64,000 bases of DNA from Candidatus Melainabacteria bacterium RIFCSPHIGHO2_02_FULL_34_12 (GTDB taxonomy: Bacteria > Cyanobacteriota > Vampirovibrionia > 2-02-FULL-35-15): the NCBI GenBank assembly GCA_001784555.1, contig MFRM01000003.1, forward strand, positions 65,606 to 129,605, read 5' to 3'. The notes under the pieces were generated by a model, which saw nothing but the letters and a program-made list of their open reading frames with translations, was not told the origin of the DNA and did not search any database. The first letter of the stretch is position 1. Every line of letters begins with the position of its first letter. The translations under genes and the position numbers were made by a program. Shown in pieces: positions 56,421 through 64,000 of this stretch.

Positions 56421-57071
56421 ATGAATGCTCCGATTATAGAATCAAACAAAACAACAAAACAAAGGAAATTTCGCCTTCGCTCTCTACTTTCATTTCCTCA
56501 AATTTTCAATTTTTATTTGCTTTTGATTGGTTTTAATACTCTCAGACGGAAGTTTGTAAATGAATTCATAAAACCATTTCCTGGAGCAACAATATTAGAC
56601 ATAGGCTGTGGAACAGCTTCAATACTTGACTTCCTCCCCGATAATGTCTCATATACAGGCTTTGATATGAATCAAAGATACATTAGTTATGCATCAAAAA
56701 AATACCTTAAAGCGGTTTTCTCCTGTGAAGAAATAAAAGAATCATTAAATACTATTCCGAATCACTTTGACATAGTGCTTGCAAGCGGAGTACTCCACCA
56801 TCTGAATGACCATGAGGTTGAAAATCTATTTGAAAAATCAAGATCAAGCTTGAAGGATGGTGGTTACTTAATGACGCATGATCCTACGTATGTAGAGAAT
56901 CAATCTCCAATTACAAGATTCATAATTTCAATGGATCGAGGAGTCCATATTCGCACACCAGAAGAATATTTATCCTTAGCAAAAAAATATTTTAAAAAGG
57001 TTGAAACCACTGTATTCCATGATATATTACGGATTCCAAACACTATATTGTTTATGAAATGTTACAAGTAA
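56421..57071 (+). CDS. class I SAM-dependent methyltransferase
   Basis: ILDIGCGT, YTGFD, GVLHHL.D, LKDGG, DRG. Confidence 0.87.
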   Translation: MNAPIIESNKTTKQRKFRLRSLLSFPQIFNFYLLLIGFNTLRRKFVNEFIKPFPGATILDIGCGTASILDFLPDNVSYTGFDMNQRYISYASKKYLKAVFSCEEIKESLNTIPNHFDIVLASGVLHHLNDHEVENLFEKSRSSLKDGGYLMTHDPTYVENQSPITRFIISMDRGVHIRTPEEYLSLAKKYFKKVETTVFHDILRIPNTILFMKCYK

Positions 57072-57234
57072 ACTTTTTATCTTGATTATTTATTAATTGT
57101 ATTACTTCACTATTAATAGCAAAATATCCACGGTTTATTTAGATATATGCGGGGGATTAAAAACATTTAATTAATTAAGAGAAAAGATTCCAATGGGATT
57201 AGTTAAACTGATTGAATAACCCAGGTGATTTGTA

Positions 57235-58161
57235 ATGGATAAAGTCTTCAAGAAAAAAGAAAAAAGATTTTGGACTAATTTTATGAATGGTCTTATGTCT
57301 CAAATTTTTTTTATGAGCGCATTTATTGCGGTGGTTTCATTGTTTTTAATTACAATTTATATTTTTTATAACGGACTAAAAATATTTAAGGTAGTTTCAG
57401 TTACTGATTTTTTGTTTGGATATGACTGGGAGCCAGTAACATTAAAATTATTTGGCATATTTCCAATGATTATTACTTCTTTTTATGTAACCTTTGGTTC
57501 GATAATAATTAGTGCACCTCTTGGCATTGCATGTGCAGTGTTTCTTGCAGAAATTGCCCCGGCTTCTGCACAGCAGATTATTAGACCAGCTGTTCAGCTT
57601 TTAGCTGGTATTCCTTCTGTAATTTTTGGTCTTTTTGGACTTGCTTTTGTAGTTCCTATGATTCAGTCCATTGCCGATGTAGCAGGCTTATCAATACTTG
57701 CAGCTATTATTATTCTTTCAATAATGATTCTCCCTACTATTATAAGTATTTCTGAAGATGCAATAAGATCAGTTCCAAAAGAATTAAAAGACAGCAGCAC
57801 AGCACTTGGTACGACAAAATGGCAGACCATATACGGCACGATTTTACCTGCATGTTCTTCAGGACTTATTACTGCAGTAATACTTGCTTTAGGCAGAGCA
57901 TTTGGTGAGGCTATGGCAGTAAAAATGGTTATTGGAAATACTCAGACTATGCCTGATTTTTCAGCTGATAGTGGATTTGGACTGTTTAGCCTGGCAAGAA
58001 CATTAACTACTAACATAATTGGTGACATTGAATATGCAGAACCTGGTCTGCATTTAAATTCTCTCTTTGCAACCGGTGCAATATTATTTATTTTTATAAT
58101 TATTACAAATGCTGTTTCTCATATGCTCCTAAAAAGAGCTTATGGAGCAAGCAAAACATAA
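57235..58161 (+). CDS. pstC: phosphate ABC transporter permease PstC
   Basis: FGIFPMI, LLAGIPSVIFG, MILPTI.SISEDA...VP, GRAFGEAMAV.MVIGN. Confidence 0.95.
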   Translation: MDKVFKKKEKRFWTNFMNGLMSQIFFMSAFIAVVSLFLITIYIFYNGLKIFKVVSVTDFLFGYDWEPVTLKLFGIFPMIITSFYVTFGSIIISAPLGIACAVFLAEIAPASAQQIIRPAVQLLAGIPSVIFGLFGLAFVVPMIQSIADVAGLSILAAIIILSIMILPTIISISEDAIRSVPKELKDSSTALGTTKWQTIYGTILPACSSGLITAVILALGRAFGEAMAVKMVIGNTQTMPDFSADSGFGLFSLARTLTTNIIGDIEYAEPGLHLNSLFATGAILFIFIIITNAVSHMLLKRAYGASKT

Positions 58162-58170
58162 AAGAAAAAA

Positions 58171-59085
58171 ATGAAAACCATAATAAAAAAAGAATTATCC
58201 AGAGAAAAAGAATTCATAAAGAAACATCTTTTTGAAGAAAAGATTGCATTAAACAGCCTCTGGCTTTCAGGATGGGTGATTGTCGGTATATTAGTTTTTA
58301 TAATTGGATATATTTTTTATTACGGCTTTCCTACTTGTCTTTCATTCCATTACTTATTCAGTCCACCTGAAGGCGGAAGATATGATAATGGCGGGATTTT
58401 ATATCAGATAGTTGCTACGCTTTATCTTATTATCGGAGCAATTATTGTAGCAGCACCTATTGGAATCTCAGCTGCAATTTATCTGACTGAATATTCACCT
58501 CAAAATTTTATTACCAGGATGATCCGTTTTGCTATTGAAAATTTAGCAGGTATACCGTCAATTATTTATGGACTTTTTGGGCTGGCCTTTTTTGTAATAT
58601 TTTTAAAATTTGAATATTCGATTCTTGCAGGAGCACTAACTGTAGCAATTATGGTTCTGCCAGTAATAATAAGAACTTCCGAAGAAGCACTTAAGGCTGT
58701 TCCTCAAACTTTTAGGCAAAGCAGTCTGGCTTTGGGTGTAAATAAATGGCAGACTATTTCAAATGTAGTTTTACCCTCTGCATTTCCTGGAATACTTACC
58801 GGGATTTTGCTAAGCGTAGGAAGAATTGTCGGAGAATCTGCTGTTTTAATTCTGGCTGCCGGCGGAAGTATAACTGTTCTGCCTGCATTAATTTCAAATG
58901 AATATCCTTATTTTTTACCAGACTCAGCTAGGCCCCTGGCAGTTCATCTTTACTATCAGGCAACCAGTTATGACACCAGGGGGAAAGCATTTGCTACAGG
59001 CGTAGTATTGATTTTTATAGTTCTGGCACTAAATTATTGTATTAATCAAATTTCAAAAAGCTACAGCAAAAGATTTGTTAGATAA
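58171..59085 (+). CDS. pstA: phosphate ABC transporter permease PstA
   Basis: GGI...IV.TL, AIYLTEY, LAGIPSIIYGLFG, IIRTSEEAL.AVP, GRIVGESA. Confidence 0.95.
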   Translation: MKTIIKKELSREKEFIKKHLFEEKIALNSLWLSGWVIVGILVFIIGYIFYYGFPTCLSFHYLFSPPEGGRYDNGGILYQIVATLYLIIGAIIVAAPIGISAAIYLTEYSPQNFITRMIRFAIENLAGIPSIIYGLFGLAFFVIFLKFEYSILAGALTVAIMVLPVIIRTSEEALKAVPQTFRQSSLALGVNKWQTISNVVLPSAFPGILTGILLSVGRIVGESAVLILAAGGSITVLPALISNEYPYFLPDSARPLAVHLYYQATSYDTRGKAFATGVVLIFIVLALNYCINQISKSYSKRFVR

Positions 59086-59090
59086 TTAAT

Positions 59091-59966
59091 TTACTTTAAT
59101 GCTTCCACACCACCTACTATTTCAGTAAGCTCCTGAGTAATGGCTGCCTGTCTAGCTTTATTATAGACAATGGTCAGGCGGTCAATTAGTTCTTTTGCAT
59201 TTTTAGTAGCACTAGACATTGCATTCATTCGGCTGGCTAGCTCACTGGTACTAGCTTCAAGCAATGCATGGAAAATAATATTACTTAAATATAACGGAAG
59301 AAGACTTCCTAGAACATCATTTAATGAAGGTTCAAATAAAACTTCAGACTGTAATTTATTTGATTCTTCTTTTTCTTCAGGAATTATAGGCAAGAAAGTT
59401 TTTATATAAACCTGATTTCTAAGCATGGATATAAAATCAGTTCCTACGATTTCAATTTTATCTACAGACTTATTAATAAAGACTTTTTCAGCACTGTTGG
59501 CAATTAAATTAGCCATTTCAATAGAAGGCACTGCGGAAAGTTGTGTAAAAGTTTCAATGATTTCAGTTTTTGTTCTTTTAAAAAAATTATTTGCTTTATT
59601 TCCGACTGCAATAAGTTTTGGTTCAAAACCATCTTTTTTTAGTTCGAGTATTCTTTTTGTGGCTGTTTTTAAAATGTTTGTATTGTAGCTGCCACATAAC
59701 CCTCTGTCTGAGCTTATTACAATAATGCCTACAGACTTTACTTCTCTTTGAACCATTAGGGGAATCTCCTGTCTTTCAAGGAGGGACATTGCTCCTACGG
59801 TTCTTTTAATAAAGGCACTTATCTTATCCGTGTATGGTCTGGCACTTAATACCCTGGCCTGTGCTCTTCTTACTTTACTTGCAGCAACCAATTTCATTGC
59901 CTGGGTGATTTTTTGAGTGCTTTTTACAGACTTAATGCGGACTTTGATACTTTTTAAGTTTGGCAT
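59091..59966 (-). CDS. atpG: F1 ATP synthase gamma subunit
   Basis: RIKSVKSTQKITQAMKLVAASK, SDRGLCGSYN, SELASRM.AM..AT.NA, YNKARQAAITQELTEIVGG. Confidence 0.97.
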   Translation of the reverse strand: MPNLKSIKVRIKSVKSTQKITQAMKLVAASKVRRAQARVLSARPYTDKISAFIKRTVGAMSLLERQEIPLMVQREVKSVGIIVISSDRGLCGSYNTNILKTATKRILELKKDGFEPKLIAVGNKANNFFKRTKTEIIETFTQLSAVPSIEMANLIANSAEKVFINKSVDKIEIVGTDFISMLRNQVYIKTFLPIIPEEKEESNKLQSEVLFEPSLNDVLGSLLPLYLSNIIFHALLEASTSELASRMNAMSSATKNAKELIDRLTIVYNKARQAAITQELTEIVGGVEALK

Positions 59967-60074
59967 AACTTTGTAATATTAGCATGAAGATTTGTGCGTA
60001 TGTGCTGGTATTTTTCTATACAGCAGTACAGAGGCACAATTTTTTAATTTGTTATAAAATAACTTTGTAACTAT

Positions 60075-61136
60075 ATGAAACTGAGCTTTTTAAAATCACT
60101 CTTATTATTTTTAATTTTGAATTATATTCTTTTAAATTCTATTCCTTCTATATGTCAAACAGAAATGCCGGAAACTGTACCAGATCCTACAAAAAAATAT
60201 GATGAGCTTTTTAATAAACCACCTGAAACACAGGAAAGCACTCCTGAGCCAGTACAGGAAGATGAGCTGGTTTCATTCTTACCAAAACTTGATAATGAAT
60301 TATATAAGAACTGGTCAGTTGTTGAGAGTCCCAGGATCATAACTACTACAGATGATGATGTATTAAAAGAAGCAGGTTTTGAAAAAGTACTTAAGCAATC
60401 ATATAAAAAAGAAAATCATATTGTTGATATTTATATTTATAAATTTAAAGATTTCGCAGGTGCATATAGTGCATTTACTGTACTGCACAGAGGTGCTGCC
60501 ACAAAATTAGAAGTCGGCAGAAATGCAAGCGAGAATGACAGTCTGGTAGATTTCTGGAAAGGAAATTATTTTGTTAACATTCAGACACTTGCTGAAAATG
60601 ATAAGGACGCTAAAGAATTTATAGTCTTATCAAGTCAGGATATTTCAAAAAATATAACTGATGATAAAATGCCACCGGTTATTGTAATTCAAATGCCTTC
60701 ATTAAATCGAGTTCAGGGCACAGAAAAATATTGCCTTGGTATAGTTTGCTGCCAAAAATATCTTGCAAGTAATCTCACTGAAATTGATTTTAATTCCCTG
60801 CATTTAAATGAATCTGGCGGAATTATTACAGCACAATATCAATTTCCTGAAAATAAAGATGAAAGGATTACATTATTACTTTTACGTTATATTGAAAAAC
60901 AAACAGCTGCACAAACATTTAATTATTTCAAGGAGTCTTTCGAGAAGAAAAAAGCAGACAACTATGATACTGAAGAAGGTATATTAAAAATAAAGAATGA
61001 AAAAAGTGATTACACATATATTAAACAAAGAGGAAATCTTCTTGGCATAGCATTTGCCATTACAAATAAAAAATCGGGTGAACAATTACTGAATTTTATT
61101 CCTTGGCCTATTGAGATTACAAAGCCCAAAGACTAA
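60075..61136 (+). CDS. exported hypothetical protein
   Basis: Hydrophobic signal-like N-terminus, P/E/T-rich linker, IY.F....GAYSAFT and FWKGNYFV.I motifs. Confidence 0.7.
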   Translation: MKLSFLKSLLLFLILNYILLNSIPSICQTEMPETVPDPTKKYDELFNKPPETQESTPEPVQEDELVSFLPKLDNELYKNWSVVESPRIITTTDDDVLKEAGFEKVLKQSYKKENHIVDIYIYKFKDFAGAYSAFTVLHRGAATKLEVGRNASENDSLVDFWKGNYFVNIQTLAENDKDAKEFIVLSSQDISKNITDDKMPPVIVIQMPSLNRVQGTEKYCLGIVCCQKYLASNLTEIDFNSLHLNESGGIITAQYQFPENKDERITLLLLRYIEKQTAAQTFNYFKESFEKKKADNYDTEEGILKIKNEKSDYTYIKQRGNLLGIAFAITNKKSGEQLLNFIPWPIEITKPKD

Positions 61137-61311
61137 CGAAATGGTGTATCGGCAAACCAGCGTTTCGGCGAGCTATAAAACGATTTTTCATGAGTGAGTA
61201 ATTACAGTATTTCAAATTCCATAACCTTATATTCTTAGTGGTAAATTTGAGCTTAATCGCTTTATAATTTAAACAGGCAAAAGCCATAAACGGTACAATC
61301 TTAAAGCGGAC

Positions 61312-61335
61312 AGAGTAAAAGAGTAGAAGAGTAGA
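61312..61335. repeat. octamer tandem repeat (AGAGTARA)x3 just before korA
   Basis: agagtaaa agagtaga agagtaga. Confidence 0.7.
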
Positions 61336-61344
61336 AAATTTAAA

Positions 61345-63189
61345 ATGGTCACACAGGAAGTAAATAAGAAAAAAGAAACACTGGAAGAAGCTACCATAAG
61401 ATTTGCAGGAGATTCCGGCGATGGGATGCAGCTTACAGGGGGACAGTTTACAAATGCAACTGCAATTGTAGGAAATGATTTAAGTACTCTTCCTGATTTT
61501 CCGGCAGAAATCAGAGCACCAGCCGGTTCACTGGCTGGAGTCAGCGGCTTTCAAATTCACTTTAGCAGCAAAGAAATCCATACTCCAGGCGATATTCTGG
61601 ATGTACTGGTAGCTATGAATCCGGCTGCATTAAAAGCTAATTTAAAAGATCTAAGGCCTGGCGGAATGCTTATTGTTAACACTAATGCTTTTACAGAAAC
61701 AAACTTAAAAAAAGCAGGTTACGATAAAAATCCTCTTGAAGATGGACTTGGGCAAAAATATCAGCTTTTTACAATTGAAATTTCCAGGCTTACACAGCTT
61801 GCTTTGCAGGACTTAAATTTACCCGGGAAATTAGTTGATCGTTCAAAAAATCTTTTTGCGCTTGGTCTTATGTATTGGCTCTACACTAGACCCATGGAAC
61901 AAACCATTGAATGGTTAAATAAAAAGTTCGCAAGTAAGCCCGACATACTCAAGGCAAATTTAAAAGTTTTAAAAGCAGGATATCACTACGGTGAAACCAC
62001 AGAAACATTTATTTCACAATATGAAATTAAGCAGGCAAAAATTCATCCCGGCAAATACAGAAACATTACAGGTAATGAAGCCACCGTGTTTGGCTTAATT
62101 GCTGCAGCACAGCTCTCAGGTCTTACAATTTTTCTTGGAAGTTACCCTATTACCCCGGCTAGTGACATTCTTCATGAACTATCTAAGTACAAGCATATTG
62201 GAATAAGAACTTTTCAGGCAGAAGATGAAATTGCTGCTATCGGAGCTGCTATTGGAGCAAGTTTTGCCGGGGGTCTTGGAGTTACTACCACGAGTGGCCC
62301 AGGTGTTTGTTTAAAATCAGAGTTTATCGGTCTTGCTATAAAAACAGAACTTCCTTTAATTGTATGTGATATTCAGAGAGGCGGACCAAGTACCGGTCTT
62401 CCTACTAAAACAGAACAAGCTGATCTTCTTCAAGTAATGTTTGGAAGAAATTCTGAAAGTCCTGTCCCTATAGTTGCAGCTGCTACACCAGGCGATTGTT
62501 TTGAAACTATGCTTGAAGCAGTAAGAATTGCCACTACCTATATGACTCCTGTTTTCTTTATGTCAGACGGATATCTCGCAAATGGATCTGAGCCATGGAA
62601 AATTCCTCAAGTATCAGAACTTAAAAAAATTAAGATTAATTACAGAACAGAAAAAGAAGGTTTCTTCCCTTACCTGCGTGATGAAAAAACACTAGCCAGA
62701 CCTTGGGCAATTCCTGGAACACCAGAGCTTGAGCATGTAATTGGCGGACTAGAAGGTGAACAAATTACCGGAAAAGTAAGTTACGATCCAATTAACCATG
62801 ATGCAATGGTTAAACTACGCGCTAGAAAAATTGCTCAAATTGCAAATTCTATTCCAGATATTAAAGTAGTTAACGGAGAAGAAAAGGGAGATCTTTTAAT
62901 TCTTGGGTGGGGAAGCACGCTTGGAGCAATAATTGCTGCTACTGAGTTGCTTATTGAAAAAGGATATAAAGTCTCAAATGCACATATTAGACATTTAAAT
63001 CCTTTCCCAAATAATCTTGGCAATTTATTAAAAAACTACAAAAAAGTTTTAATCCCTGAAGTAAATCTAGGTCAGCTTAGAATGCTTATAAGAGCAAAAT
63101 ATCTAATTGATGCACAGGGTTTAAATATTGTAGGTGGGCAACCACTTAAGATCCAGTCAATTGTAGAGGCAGCAGAAAAATTATTGTAG
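61345..63189 (+). CDS. korA: 2-oxoacid:ferredoxin oxidoreductase alpha subunit (fused gamma domain)
   Basis: IRFAGDSGDGMQLTG, PAEIRAP, SYPITPAS, QAEDEIAA, TSGPG, QRGGPSTGLPTK.EQ.D. Confidence 0.95.
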   Translation: MVTQEVNKKKETLEEATIRFAGDSGDGMQLTGGQFTNATAIVGNDLSTLPDFPAEIRAPAGSLAGVSGFQIHFSSKEIHTPGDILDVLVAMNPAALKANLKDLRPGGMLIVNTNAFTETNLKKAGYDKNPLEDGLGQKYQLFTIEISRLTQLALQDLNLPGKLVDRSKNLFALGLMYWLYTRPMEQTIEWLNKKFASKPDILKANLKVLKAGYHYGETTETFISQYEIKQAKIHPGKYRNITGNEATVFGLIAAAQLSGLTIFLGSYPITPASDILHELSKYKHIGIRTFQAEDEIAAIGAAIGASFAGGLGVTTTSGPGVCLKSEFIGLAIKTELPLIVCDIQRGGPSTGLPTKTEQADLLQVMFGRNSESPVPIVAAATPGDCFETMLEAVRIATTYMTPVFFMSDGYLANGSEPWKIPQVSELKKIKINYRTEKEGFFPYLRDEKTLARPWAIPGTPELEHVIGGLEGEQITGKVSYDPINHDAMVKLRARKIAQIANSIPDIKVVNGEEKGDLLILGWGSTLGAIIAATELLIEKGYKVSNAHIRHLNPFPNNLGNLLKNYKKVLIPEVNLGQLRMLIRAKYLIDAQGLNIVGGQPLKIQSIVEAAEKLL

Positions 63190-63212
63190 GGGCAAATCGA
63201 TGTGTTTGCCCA
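63185..63212. repeat. family A subtype whose TAG is the korA stop codon
   Basis: tgtaggggcaaatcgatgtgtttgccca. Confidence 0.85.
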
Positions 63213-63229
63213 ATGAAGGAAAATAAAAA

Positions 63230-64000
63230 ATGGCAGTAGAACAAAAACCACAATATACAAAAGCAGATTTTGAATCTGAAAATGATGTCAGATGGTGTCC
63301 TGGTTGTGGTGACTATGCAATTTTATCTGCTGTTCAAGCTGTAATGCCTACACTTGGTATACCAAAAGAAAAATTTGTTTTTGTTTCAGGCATTGGATGT
63401 TCAAGCAGATTTCCTTATTATATGAACTGCTATGGTTTTCATACCATCCACGGAAGAGCAATGACAGTTGCTACCGGTGTAAAGTCAATAAACCCGGATC
63501 TTTCTGTATGGGTTATTACCGGTGACGGAGATGGTTTAAGCATAGGTGGAAATCATTTCCTTCATGCCATACGAAGAAACCAGGATTTTAAAGTACTTTT
63601 ATTTGATAATAAAATCTACGGACTGACAAAAGGACAATATTCCCCGACTTCAGAGCTTGGCAAAAAAACCAAATCCACTCCTATGGGCTCCATTGATAAT
63701 CCTGTTAATCCAGTATCACTTGCAATTGCAGCCGGAGCAACTTTTGTAGCAAGAACAGTTGATAACAATGTAAAACACATGAAAGAGATGTTTACAAGAG
63801 CTGCAAATCATAAAGGAACTGCATTTATTGAAATCTATCAAAATTGTCTGGTATTCAATGATGCTGCTTTTGAAAATTACACTGAAAAAGATGTAAAAAA
63901 TGAAAACTCTATCTATCTTGAAAACGGAAAGCCTCTGATATTCGGAAAAAATTCTGATAAAGCTGTTAAGCTTTCAGGTTTTCACCCAGAAATAGTTAAT
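63230..64000 (+). CDS. korB: 2-oxoacid:ferredoxin oxidoreductase beta subunit (runs past the window end)
   Basis: Hand translation: MAVEQKPQYTKADF..VRWCPGCGDY..VSGIGCSSRFPYY..HTIHGRA..GDGDGLSIGGNH..YGLTKGQYSPT. Confidence 0.95.
   Translation, partial: MAVEQKPQYTKADFESENDVRWCPGCGDYAILSAVQAVMPTLGIPKEKFVFVSGIGCSSRFPYYMNCYGFHTIHGRAMTVATGVKSINPDLSVWVITGDGDGLSIGGNHFLHAIRRNQDFKVLLFDNKIYGLTKGQYSPTSELGKKTKSTPMGSIDNPVNPVSLAIAAGATFVARTVDNNVKHMKEMFTRAANHKGTAFIEIYQNCLVFNDAAFENYTEKDVKNENSIYLENGKPLIFGKNSDKAVKLSGFHPEIVN

Noticed and set aside
1-64000. CRISPR array, tRNA or rRNA genes
   Set aside because: The palindromes are dispersed, not regularly spaced with unique spacers; no cas genes, cloverleaf or rRNA-like stretch was seen.

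Overview
AT-rich bacterial chromosome segment. Gene content points to a non-photosynthetic cyanobacterial relative, probably Melainabacteria/Vampirovibrionia (inference): cyanobacteria-like ssb, trxA, dapA-rnj, ABC1 kinase and OmpR regulator, plus a 2-oxoacid:ferredoxin oxidoreductase and no photosynthesis genes. It holds mostly housekeeping genes (purA, ruvA, fabI, lptB, mnmA, miaB, proS, asd, dapA, rnj, ftsY, argS, prmC, atpG, pstCA, korAB) and a ~12 kb membrane glycosylation/methyltransferase cluster. The main hidden structure is a large population of GC-rich palindromic repeats inside protein-coding genes. Family A has about 27 REP-like 27-28 bp hairpins (GTAG/GTAA...CTAC/TTAC); 20 of them are translated in-frame within 14 genes, and some appear to replace host residues rather than add to them. 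Family B is a ~100 bp MITE-like element (TGTCATTGCGAG...CTCGCAATGACA), translated in both orientations inside the amidase and mnmA. A REP-associated HUH/Y1 tyrosine transposase (RAYT) gene between lptF/G and mnmA carries its own family A copy and is the candidate mobiliser. Other notable items are an ORF6N cassette bounded by a 16-bp direct repeat and a twice-occurring pair of small membrane proteins. All calls are by eye from motifs; no searches were run.
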